This document shows, piece after piece, positions 8,485-17,513 of a stretch of DNA of 61,987 nucleotides. Position numbers and translations under genes: made by a program. This DNA is from Eubacteriales bacterium. GTDB lineage: Bacteria; Bacillota; Clostridia; Oscillospirales; CAG-272. A model generated the notes under the pieces. The model worked only from the letters and a program-made list of their open reading frames with translations, made no database searches and had not been told where the DNA came from. Every line of letters starts with the position of its first letter. Position 1 is the first letter of the stretch. Location of the stretch: assembly GCA_045533775.1 (NCBI GenBank), contig JAZSIK010000054.1, forward strand, positions 1 to 61,987, read 5' to 3'.

Positions 8485-9273
8485 ATGAAAGTAGAAATAC
8501 ATTCGAGAATGTCAATTAAAAAGCTTATGGGTGAGGGATTCCCCAAAAGCACCGCAGTTATCAGCTTTTATACTCCGCAGAAAATGAGGCGCGCGGAAGA
8601 CATTCGCATAGATTATTCTGGTGTATGCGACAAGGTGTTTTATATAGCAGTTCCCGATATAGACCTTAAATGCCTTTCAGATTACGGTTATACTTACGAT
8701 ACTTATATCGAAGATACTAAAGGACTTGCGGAATTTATATATGAAGCAAATAATAATGATATGGACATTATCTGTCAGTGTGATTTCGGGCAGAGCCGAA
8801 GTGCAGCCTGTGCCGCCGCGATACTCGAGCATTTTGAAGAGAGAGGCATCGAAATATTTGCAGATTACAAATATTATCCCAACCAACTCGTATATCATAA
8901 AATTTACGATGCCCTTAACAAACATTTAAAAGAATCGGCAGACGGAGAGCCGTCTGCGATAGATCCTAATAAAGAATACACATTTGAAGAGGTTGTATCA
9001 ATGCTTCCTGCGGAAACGGAAGAAAGTCGCATTATCGATAAATTTATGCTGCATCTTAAAAAATCTCTCGAATTTATAAAGACGGCAGAGGAGTTTAAAA
9101 CTGTTGATATGCAGCGCTACTTAAAATGCGGATACGGTGACACATGTCGTATTCTTGATGCGCTCGTATTGTTTGGTGTAATTATGGAAACTGAGAATAC
9201 ACCGGTTAGATACAAGGTTGTTTTGAAAGGAGAAAACAGTGCAGGATCCCGCAATAAGAAAGATATTGGTTGA
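8485..9273 (+). CDS. Cx5R phosphatase-like domain fused to an FtsK-gamma-like winged helix
   Basis: CQCDFGQSRSAA contains a C-x5-R P-loop in a COG5350-like context. The C-terminal MQRYLKCGYGDTCRILDALVLFGVI resembles FtsK gamma (VQRRFRIGYNRAARIIEQME). Confidence 0.55.
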   Translation: MKVEIHSRMSIKKLMGEGFPKSTAVISFYTPQKMRRAEDIRIDYSGVCDKVFYIAVPDIDLKCLSDYGYTYDTYIEDTKGLAEFIYEANNNDMDIICQCDFGQSRSAACAAAILEHFEERGIEIFADYKYYPNQLVYHKIYDALNKHLKESADGEPSAIDPNKEYTFEEVVSMLPAETEESRIIDKFMLHLKKSLEFIKTAEEFKTVDMQRYLKCGYGDTCRILDALVLFGVIMETENTPVRYKVVLKGENSAGSRNKKDIG

Positions 9274-12200
9274 ATATCTTAAAATCAAATATAAAGAGCA
9301 CCGTCTATACCAGGAAAAAAGCATAGGTTTTTCTGTTTGTGATGTAATGCTGGTAACCGACAGACTTATCGGTTTTGAGATAAAAAGCGACAAAGATAAC
9401 TATGCCCGTTTAAACTCACAGGTGAAATCCTACGAGGAGTATTTTGATGAAAATTATATCGTAGTAGGTGAAAATCACAAGAAGAGTATCGAAAATCAGA
9501 TCCCAAATGAATGGGGAATCATACTGGTTACCGAGGGAAATATATCAGAGCTGCGTAAAGCACGTAAAAACAAGAATGTTGACAGAGAGTGTCAGTTATC
9601 GTTGCTCTGGAAAATAGAGCTTAAAAATATTCTTATAAAGAACAGACTACCTCTCTATGCTGCAAAGGATAAGGATTTTATTATTTCAAAAATAGTTGCT
9701 GCTGTACCAAAGGATACGCTCATGCATCATATTGCGGACGAGCTTATGAACAGGGATTACAGCGAATATGAATCAAATCTTTTTTACAAATCTCAGACAG
9801 CAGAGGAAGAAAACTCTATACCGCTTGATTTTCGAGCTGATGAGTTGATAGATATGCTTTCCGAGAGGGATCTTGCATCATTTACCCTTGATAAATGGAT
9901 GGCTATATATCAGAGGGCTATTCTAGCGAAGGATGTTAAGGAAAAGGCAACTCAAGAATATGAAGAAAGGCGAAAAAAGGACTCTCAGAAAATTATTCAC
10001 AGAACGCCATACACTGAAATAGAGGTATCTCTTGGCGTGCCGTGGATCAGCGCAGATATTATATCCGATTTTATAAAAGAGGTCTTTAAAGTCAAGCCTT
10101 ACGTTTCCTATATTTACGACAACGTAACCAGAACGTACATCCCCGGAAACAAGGAAAGAGCGCTTGTGGAACACGAGCCTATTACAGGCTATTGGTACGT
10201 TTGTAAGAACGTAAGCTCTGCGGGTGAAATATTTACTACATACGGAACGAGACGAATAAGCGCCTTACATATACTCGAGTCAACGTTAAACCTCAGAGAT
10301 ATAAAAATTCACAACGGCACAGAGTACGACGAGGTTGAAACTATCGCCGCACTTGAAAAGCAGAAAGCAATAAAAGATGCTTTTAAGGAGTGGATATGGA
10401 AGGATGAAGATAGGAAACTTGAGGTTGCCGATGCATATAACCGAATTTTTGGAAAATACGAGGTTGTAAGCTACGACGGTAGCGGACTTAAATTTGTCGA
10501 TATGAATCCCAATATCAAGCTCTTTGATTACCAGAAGAATGCCGTTCAAAAGATAATATCTACTCCTAACACGCTCCTTTCCTTTGATGTGGGTTCAGGA
10601 AAAACCTATATTATGATAGCCGCAGCTATGGAGATGCGTAAATCAGGACTTTCAAGAAAAAATCTCTTCGTAGTTCCTAACAACATTGTAGGTCAGTGGG
10701 AACGAATGTTTTGCGAGCTTTACCCACAGGCTAAGGTGTTGACGGTCGAGCCTAAATCATTCACCCCCGAAAAGAGAGGCAAGGTGCTTCGACAGATACA
10801 GAAGGAAGATTACGACGGAATAATTATGGCATACAGCTCATTTGAAATGATTCATCTTTCATCAGATTATATTTCGAAAAGCATGGGAAACGTGATATCC
10901 GAACTGCAAAAGCGTATGGCAAAATTAAGCCGAGACAATCACACCTCAACCAGCATAAGCCGCGAGGTCGAGCGTGTACGTAAGGTTATCTGCGAGCTTA
11001 CACAGTGCATTTCGGAATCTACCGACGGTATCTTTTTTGAGGATTTGGATATAAACACTCTGTTTGTTGACGAGGCGCACAATTTCAAGAACATTCCTAT
11101 TAGAACCACTATGAAAAATCTGAGAGGAATAAATACAGGGGGTTCGAAAAAATGCCTTGAAATGCTTGAAAAAGTGCACTGCGTTCAGGAAATGAACGGT
11201 GGTCGCGGAGTGGTTTTTGCTACCGGTACACCACTGTCCAATTCTATATCCGACACATACGCAATGCAGTGTTATCTTCAGTATAATGACCTTGCCGAAA
11301 ATGAACTGCAACGCTTCGATAACTGGGCAAAAACCTTTGCAGTGATAGAGGATGTATGCGAGATAGACGTCAATGCGGCAAGCTTTCGTATAATCAAGCG
11401 TTTTACAAAGTTTCACAACCTGCCGGAGCTTTCGCGCATGTTTTCGGGGGTTTCCATCTTTCATAGTGTTAGTAAGGACGGTTTGCCCGAGCTTCTCGGA
11501 TATACCGATGACGTAATAGAGAAAAGCCATGGGCTTGATGACTATATGAAGGAAATATACGAGCGTACCGAGCGTATACGCAATGGAGATGTAGACCGAA
11601 AGAAAGACAATATGTTGAAGATTAGTACTGACGGAAGAAAGGCAGCTCTTTCTCTTAATCTGGTGGGTAAAGAGCAGTTTTATGACGAGTATAGTAAGGT
11701 TTATTGCTGTGTTAAAAACGTAGCGAGAATCTATAATGAAACTCCCGGTAGCTCCCAGCTTGTTTTCTGCGACTATTCCACACCGAAGGGCGCATCGTAT
11801 AGCGTGTATAAGGAGATGAAGGATCGCCTTGTTGAATGCGGGATTCCAAAAAACGAAATAGCCTTTGTCCATTCCTGTAAGACCGAGGATGAAAAAATAA
11901 AGCTTTATGATGATGTAAACGCAGGACGTGTGCGTGTGCTTATAGGTTCTACCTTTAAGCTTGGAATTGGAGCTAACGTGCAAACAAGACTAAAAGCAAT
12001 ACATCACCTTGATGTGCCGTGGCGTCCTGCTGATATGGTGCAGCGAGAGGGCCGTATTCTGCGCCGCGGAAACGAGAATAAGGAAATAAACATTTTCCGA
12101 TATATTGTGGAAGGCAGCTTTGATTCTTATTCTTGGCAGATTCTTCAGACAAAGCAACACTTTATATCGCAGTTTCTCGGTGGAACAAGTAATGTAAGAA

Positions 12201-12859
12201 GCATTGAGGATCTCGAAAATGATGAGCTGAATTATGCGCAGGTAAAGGCGCTGGCACTTTCCGAGCCGCTTATGAAGGAATACGTTGAGAAGGAAAACGA
12301 GATTCGCAATGCTCGTATGGTATACCGACAAGAGCTTGCGCAAAAGGAAAGAGTAAGAACCGATATAAAAGAAACGGAGCTTAAAATCACAGAAGCAACG
12401 ACAGAACTCAGGCTTACAGTAGAAAACGATGAATACGTAAAGGCGAATATAGCCGCAATTACTGAGCAAATTCCAATACTCGCAGAAACCTTGATAACCT
12501 GGCAGAAAAACAAAAGCGATGATGGACGGATAGGTAAAATTTCAGAGTTCTCTGTTTTAGCATCAAGACACAAAAACGGCAACACGTTTCTCGTTCTTTC
12601 GCGCAACGGAATCAATTACTATATGGAAGCGAGCGACTCTTTGTCCGGAAATAAAAAGCGTATCAATAATTTCTTTACTAAGTTTGATAAGCAGATTGAG
12701 GCGAAAGAACATACGCTTAATGAGCTCAAAAAGAAAAAGCTCGAATTAACAGAGCAGTGTGAGTATTCATCGGATATAGTAGATACGATCAAGCGACTCG
12801 AAAGCGAGCTTAGGCACATATTTGCAGAGCTTTCAGTAAAACAGGAGGAAGCAGCGTAA
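9239..12859 (+). CDS. PD-(D/E)xK (sce7726/MmcB-like) N-terminal module fused to an SNF2-family helicase
   Basis: GTG start with SD aggag, overlapping the upstream gene by 35 nt. N terminus CDVMLV...GFEIKSD. Helicase motifs DYQKNAV, DVGSGKT, DEAHNFKN, ATGTPLSNS and HHLDVPWRPADMVQREGRILRRG. C-terminal coiled coil. Confidence 0.85.
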   Translation: MQDPAIRKILVEYLKIKYKEHRLYQEKSIGFSVCDVMLVTDRLIGFEIKSDKDNYARLNSQVKSYEEYFDENYIVVGENHKKSIENQIPNEWGIILVTEGNISELRKARKNKNVDRECQLSLLWKIELKNILIKNRLPLYAAKDKDFIISKIVAAVPKDTLMHHIADELMNRDYSEYESNLFYKSQTAEEENSIPLDFRADELIDMLSERDLASFTLDKWMAIYQRAILAKDVKEKATQEYEERRKKDSQKIIHRTPYTEIEVSLGVPWISADIISDFIKEVFKVKPYVSYIYDNVTRTYIPGNKERALVEHEPITGYWYVCKNVSSAGEIFTTYGTRRISALHILESTLNLRDIKIHNGTEYDEVETIAALEKQKAIKDAFKEWIWKDEDRKLEVADAYNRIFGKYEVVSYDGSGLKFVDMNPNIKLFDYQKNAVQKIISTPNTLLSFDVGSGKTYIMIAAAMEMRKSGLSRKNLFVVPNNIVGQWERMFCELYPQAKVLTVEPKSFTPEKRGKVLRQIQKEDYDGIIMAYSSFEMIHLSSDYISKSMGNVISELQKRMAKLSRDNHTSTSISREVERVRKVICELTQCISESTDGIFFEDLDINTLFVDEAHNFKNIPIRTTMKNLRGINTGGSKKCLEMLEKVHCVQEMNGGRGVVFATGTPLSNSISDTYAMQCYLQYNDLAENELQRFDNWAKTFAVIEDVCEIDVNAASFRIIKRFTKFHNLPELSRMFSGVSIFHSVSKDGLPELLGYTDDVIEKSHGLDDYMKEIYERTERIRNGDVDRKKDNMLKISTDGRKAALSLNLVGKEQFYDEYSKVYCCVKNVARIYNETPGSSQLVFCDYSTPKGASYSVYKEMKDRLVECGIPKNEIAFVHSCKTEDEKIKLYDDVNAGRVRVLIGSTFKLGIGANVQTRLKAIHHLDVPWRPADMVQREGRILRRGNENKEINIFRYIVEGSFDSYSWQILQTKQHFISQFLGGTSNVRSIEDLENDELNYAQVKALALSEPLMKEYVEKENEIRNARMVYRQELAQKERVRTDIKETELKITEATTELRLTVENDEYVKANIAAITEQIPILAETLITWQKNKSDDGRIGKISEFSVLASRHKNGNTFLVLSRNGINYYMEASDSLSGNKKRINNFFTKFDKQIEAKEHTLNELKKKKLELTEQCEYSSDIVDTIKRLESELRHIFAELSVKQEEAA

Positions 12860-12902
12860 TTGTGAAAATTATCATAAAAGAAAAATATATTCGGAGGTTG
12901 AA

Positions 12903-13703
12903 ATGATACTTAAGTTTAACGAATATATTCCTGCGGTTTTTACGGAAGATGATCTTGAATCAGAATTGCTTGGCGAGTATATCAAGCTTGACGGCACGAG
13001 TCTTATATCCATATGCTCCCGTCCCGGTATGGGTAAGACCGCGTTGGCTCTTAACTTGGCGCTCGACTTTGCAAGAAAAAGCGAAAAATGCGTGTATATA
13101 TTTTCTTATGAAATGACAGCGGAACAGGTTTATGCAAGACTGTTGTCTATATTATCCGGAGTAGACCTAAATAGCATAACGAAACGCATTTTTTCGAAGG
13201 AAGAACTCAAATTACTTAATGACAGTATGGAGTTTATTAAGAGGCTGAATATTATTATCGACGATGATACCTATAACGGTATTTCGGATATGGAAGAGAA
13301 AATTTCAAGGATAGATAATCTTGGAATGATTGTCGTAGATTATCTGGGGTTGATGTTCCCAAGAGAAAATTGTTTGGATAATTATAAAGAAATCGCAACG
13401 CTTGATATGAGAAATCTGTCTCGGAAATTCTCCGTTCCCATATTCTTTACACACAAGCTATCAAAGCGTTTGGAATATCGAAAAGATAAAAGACCTAATA
13501 CAAGTGATGTTGAAAGCTATATAGCACAAAATACGGATACCATGGTTCTGCTTTACCGCGAAGACTACTACCGTGACGGTATTGATAACGAGCGAACGAA
13601 CTTAGCCGAGGTCACAACCTCGAATAAACTCGGGAAAAACGGCACTGTTTGTCTTAATTGGGATGGAGAGTGTATGAAATTTGAAAAGCACGAGGTGAAT
13701 TGA
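12903..13703 (+). CDS. DnaB C-terminal-domain (RecA-like) ATPase lacking the DnaB N-terminal domain
   Basis: SRPGMGKTALALNLAL (Walker A), YEMTAEQV and MIVVDYLGLM. Only 266 aa. Confidence 0.75.
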   Translation: MILKFNEYIPAVFTEDDLESELLGEYIKLDGTSLISICSRPGMGKTALALNLALDFARKSEKCVYIFSYEMTAEQVYARLLSILSGVDLNSITKRIFSKEELKLLNDSMEFIKRLNIIIDDDTYNGISDMEEKISRIDNLGMIVVDYLGLMFPRENCLDNYKEIATLDMRNLSRKFSVPIFFTHKLSKRLEYRKDKRPNTSDVESYIAQNTDTMVLLYREDYYRDGIDNERTNLAEVTTSNKLGKNGTVCLNWDGECMKFEKHEVN

Positions 13704-13704
13704 C

Positions 13705-14580
13705 ATGCTTGGAGCAATTGTTGGTGACGTTCTCGGATCATCTTACGAATTTGAAGAAATGAAATTTGACTGGGTTATGCCTCACAATGAAAATTTGAAA
13801 GATATTCCGTTATTCAATGAGGATGACCAATTTACAGACGATACCGTCTTGACATTAGCTGTTGCGGATTGGTTATTGCATGATATTCAGAAGGATTACT
13901 ACGATGATGAAAAATTAAAAATTGCTTTAGGAAAACGTATGGTTTGGTGGACGCGATTTTATCAGGAACGTGAAATTGCTTACGGTCTTTCTTATATCGA
14001 TTTTTTCTATCGTGCAGAGCTGATACAAGAATACGTACCGCAAAGTAGTTGTGGAAACGGTTCTGCAATGAGAGTTAGCCCTGTTGGTTGGTTTTTTGAT
14101 ACTATGGAAGAAACAATGCGGTTTGCCAAGATTTCAGCAGATGCTACACACAAGCATCCTGAAGGTCAAAAAGGGGCTATGTGTATTGCTGCTGCCATAT
14201 ATTTAGCTCGAAAAGGTAGCAGTAAAGACGAAATCAGAGATTATCTAATACGAGCTTTCGGGTATGAAAAATTAGATAAAGATGTATTAGATTTACGAAA
14301 AAACTATGTGAGAGTTTGCACGTGTCAAGATACAGTTCCCGAATCGGTTGTGTGCTTTTTGGAAAGTGATGATTATGAGTCTGCGGTACGTCTGGCTATC
14401 TCTTTTGGAGGAGATACCGACACTATGGCGGCGATGGCTGGCAGTATAGCTGAGGCGTATTACGGACAAGTTACACCCGACCTGTTTTCATACGCAAAAG
14501 GGAAGCTAACCTCTGAAGCACTCGAGCTTTGCAAAGAATTTTACAAACGAATAAAGAACTGTGAGGGACAAAATGAATAA
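13705..14580 (+). CDS. ADP-ribosylglycohydrolase (ARH/DraG family)
   Basis: GAIVGDVLGSSYEFE, DDTVLTLAV, CGNGSAMRVSPVG and GGDTDTMAAMAGSIAEAYYG. Start 1 nt after the upstream stop. Confidence 0.88.
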   Translation: MLGAIVGDVLGSSYEFEEMKFDWVMPHNENLKDIPLFNEDDQFTDDTVLTLAVADWLLHDIQKDYYDDEKLKIALGKRMVWWTRFYQEREIAYGLSYIDFFYRAELIQEYVPQSSCGNGSAMRVSPVGWFFDTMEETMRFAKISADATHKHPEGQKGAMCIAAAIYLARKGSSKDEIRDYLIRAFGYEKLDKDVLDLRKNYVRVCTCQDTVPESVVCFLESDDYESAVRLAISFGGDTDTMAAMAGSIAEAYYGQVTPDLFSYAKGKLTSEALELCKEFYKRIKNCEGQNE

Positions 14581-15244
14581 TTTCGATACTCAAATTGAAA
14601 TGCTAGTAACGAAGCCGCTAGGATTTTCTCCTGTTGTGATAATTGGAAACGTGGGAAGCGGCAAGACATATTTTCTTGAGAAATATCGTGAAAAACGAAA
14701 TAAGTTTTACAAGCCCGCGTTTGGTGAGTGGGGCGCAGGTGAAGGCGCAAAGATATTTAATGCTGATGAGATTTGTCAAAAAATAATTGACTCTATTGCT
14801 AATGGCAACGGGAAATCGTGGAGTAAAATATTTGCTTCGGTTAATGTAATAATCATAGACGATTTTGATAAGTTGGCTGGAAAAACCACCACCCAAGAAA
14901 TGCTCTTTTCTTACTTTTTAACATGCAAAAAGGCTATTGTTGTGAGCTCGAAATCAGAAATTGCAGGAGAAGGCTTCTTGGAAGAGCTTAGCTCGTTTTT
15001 GTCAACAGGTGCGCACATATATATCAATGATCCGGATAAAGAATCAAAATTCGATTTCCTTGTAAACGGCTTATGTACCGCAGGAATACAAATGGAAAAT
15101 GAAGCTCTTGTATGGCTTTCAAATCAGAATTTTATATCTTATGCTGCCACAAAAGGATTTGTTAAAACTTTACGGCTATTTACAACCGGCGAGCCATTAT
15201 CTCTTTCGGATTGCATTAAGTACACAAAAGGTTATATCAATTAA
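14573..15244 (+). CDS. DnaA-domain-III-like AAA+ ATPase (initiator or helicase-loader type)
   Basis: ATG overlaps the ARH stop (ATGAATAA). VVIIGNVGSGKTYF Walker A. IIIDDFDKLAGKTTTQEMLFSYF resembles DnaA [20 protein letters not shown]. Confidence 0.65.
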   Translation: MNNFDTQIEMLVTKPLGFSPVVIIGNVGSGKTYFLEKYREKRNKFYKPAFGEWGAGEGAKIFNADEICQKIIDSIANGNGKSWSKIFASVNVIIIDDFDKLAGKTTTQEMLFSYFLTCKKAIVVSSKSEIAGEGFLEELSSFLSTGAHIYINDPDKESKFDFLVNGLCTAGIQMENEALVWLSNQNFISYAATKGFVKTLRLFTTGEPLSLSDCIKYTKGYIN

Positions 15245-15259
15245 GGAGAACCAGCTATA

Positions 15260-16147
15260 ATGAACGCACTTGACTTTATAAACTCGCGCGATGTCAGAGC
15301 GCATCTTGAAAAGATAGGCTGGCAACCCGATTCGCTCTGCGCTGCGTGGCTTATTTACCAAAGTAAAAACCACACACTTGAAGAAAAGCTTCTTGCGTGG
15401 CAGAGTGTTATAGATAATATGCCGGATTGTGCAGTGCCCGAGAACTATTCAGGTACGTATCACGAAAGCTTACACACGTTTCTGAAAAGATATATTGAGC
15501 TTCAGCACAAGCTTGTTAACTCGTTCAAAAAGTGCAACACGGGAGAGGTTTATTCCTATAAATATTATGGCAAGAACTGTGACGGATTCCTCTCCGACGG
15601 GGGACTTTACTCAAGCTATGAAAAGGTTATGGAAGCTATGAACGAAGAGATATGTGAGGAATACAAGCCTTACGTCTTCAGGCTTACGAAGCGCAGAATA
15701 GATAGTCCCGAACTTGACGTGCACGCTGAGCTTTCGCCGGGACTCGAAATCCGTTCGATTGTCGATATGACCGCTATGATGCTAGGCGAGGATGACGAAG
15801 GGGATATTGAGGTGCTCTTCCGCGTATTCGAGGGAATGTGGTTTGATATTCCTACCCCGTTTTGCCGTGGCGACCTTGTCCGCGAGTGCGGCGGCAAATA
15901 TCACGTCCCTTCAAATTATCGCCAGGAAACGCTTGTTTTTGACTCCATGACAGCGAATAATGAAAACTCCCCTCTTGCACAGGAAAAGGAGGATATGAAC
16001 GCCTATGGATATTTTCCCGACGGTGATGGCGGGGTTTATTACGGATGTGCATTTAATTATATAAGCCTTGAATTTATAACCCCCAATCAGCTCACACCAC
16101 AGGAGGCTATACTGACCTCTCTACCCGTTTTTATCAATAAAATGTAA
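15260..16147 (+). CDS. Hypothetical protein (295 aa)
   Basis: SD aaggag. Sits in the operon between the AAA+ and PolC-like genes. No domain recognised. Confidence 0.5.
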   Translation: MNALDFINSRDVRAHLEKIGWQPDSLCAAWLIYQSKNHTLEEKLLAWQSVIDNMPDCAVPENYSGTYHESLHTFLKRYIELQHKLVNSFKKCNTGEVYSYKYYGKNCDGFLSDGGLYSSYEKVMEAMNEEICEEYKPYVFRLTKRRIDSPELDVHAELSPGLEIRSIVDMTAMMLGEDDEGDIEVLFRVFEGMWFDIPTPFCRGDLVRECGGKYHVPSNYRQETLVFDSMTANNENSPLAQEKEDMNAYGYFPDGDGGVYYGCAFNYISLEFITPNQLTPQEAILTSLPVFINKM

Positions 16148-17488
16148 ATGAAAGTAGGCAAAACAATGGATGATGCATTAAAAAATAAAATTATAAACAC
16201 AAAAATCAATGAGCGCAAAAAGCTTATGAGAGAGCTGTGGAAAAAGGCGGAGGATGCTTTGAAGGCATTATACGGAGATATGCCCGACATGCGAATATTG
16301 AATCGCTTTTACACTGAAAAGATGATTTTCGGCGAGACCGATAGCGTGATTTTATGGGATCTCGTCGCAGAAACAATACATCAGGCAAAGGAAAAAGGAT
16401 ATACAACCACGATTGCAGGAACAGATGGCTCCTGCTTTACAGCATATCTTCTCGGTATGTGTGAAAATCCCCTGCCGCTTCACTACTTGTGTCCAGTATG
16501 CAAGAAAACCGAGTTTATAAACGAGCGTGCGCTGCCTTGGGATATGCCAAACAAGCCTTGCGAGTGCGGTGGCGTGATGCGAGCAGATGGTTTTGACATT
16601 CCTTTTGAAACGCATATCAGAATGGCGCACAGGCCTTGGCCAAATGTTTGTGTTAACCCGGCATTTATGGAAGAAGCAAAGCAAATTGTGAGAAAAAAGG
16701 TGGGCGGTTTGTATCGAATCTGCACGCTCACCAAACCCGACTACGCCCCGGTGAAATTCGTCTTTCTCCCCTTCAACGGAGAATCCGAGTTCGAAGAACA
16801 TGTTGATACAGTAGACGGTAAGTACGACGATTTCCCGCGCATAACGATAATACCGTTTGATTTGTACGAGCGTAAAGCGCGATTGTGTGAGGAAACGGGG
16901 GAAAACTTATTTGAAGGCATTCTTTCTAAAAAGGTCCTTTCCGATCCTCGTATTATAGAGGCATTCGCAAACGGCGATACAGATAATATACCGAATTTCA
17001 CGTCAAAATTCCTTGATATGAAAGAAGCGCTGCGCCTCGCCTCACCGAAGAACTATTATGACCTCTTGCAGTTTATGGGCGCGATGCACGGCACAAACAC
17101 CTGGTGCAATAATGCCGAGTGTCTGATCCGTGACGGAATATGCTCTATCGGAGATATCCCCACTCACAGAGATGATGTGTTTATGCTTCTTCGCGACAAG
17201 CTTCGAGAAGCCGGACACGAGGACGTCGGTATAGCGTATAATCTCGCTATGAAGATTCGTTACGGCATTTCTGCAAACAGAGGTATTAGTGCAGAGGAAC
17301 TCGCTTTACTTGATTACCTCGACCTGCCCGAGTGGTTTATCCCCTATGCCGAAAGAATACAGTATATGTTCTCGAAGGCGCATAACATAGAAAGCCTTCG
17401 CATAGCTCTCACGTTTATGTGGTATAAAATAAATTATCCGAAAGAGTTTGATGCTTGTGTAAAATCGAAGCTTAAGGATCATATTTGA
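16148..17488 (+). CDS. Truncated PolC-like protein 1 (zinc-finger, partial palm and fingers segment; catalytic Asp motif absent)
   Basis: GSCFTAYLLG..NPLPLHYLCPVCKKTEF...CECGGVMRADGFDIPFETH, HGTNTW, HRDDVFMLL and LPEWFIPYAERIQYMFSKAH all match PolC motifs. PolC has PDIDLNF where this ORF reads WPNVCVNPAF. Confidence 0.7.
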   Translation: MKVGKTMDDALKNKIINTKINERKKLMRELWKKAEDALKALYGDMPDMRILNRFYTEKMIFGETDSVILWDLVAETIHQAKEKGYTTTIAGTDGSCFTAYLLGMCENPLPLHYLCPVCKKTEFINERALPWDMPNKPCECGGVMRADGFDIPFETHIRMAHRPWPNVCVNPAFMEEAKQIVRKKVGGLYRICTLTKPDYAPVKFVFLPFNGESEFEEHVDTVDGKYDDFPRITIIPFDLYERKARLCEETGENLFEGILSKKVLSDPRIIEAFANGDTDNIPNFTSKFLDMKEALRLASPKNYYDLLQFMGAMHGTNTWCNNAECLIRDGICSIGDIPTHRDDVFMLLRDKLREAGHEDVGIAYNLAMKIRYGISANRGISAEELALLDYLDLPEWFIPYAERIQYMFSKAHNIESLRIALTFMWYKINYPKEFDACVKSKLKDHI

Positions 17489-17513
17489 TTATTTTAAAAA
17501 GGGTGTATTAAAG

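Noticed and set aside
10946-11983. 345-aa minus-strand ORF inside the SNF2 helicase gene, plus 11990-12469 and 12232-12615 on the minus strand
   Set aside because: They are fully antisense to a plus-strand gene with unmistakable helicase motifs. The translations are low-complexity and hydrophobic with no recognisable domain. They are shadow ORFs.
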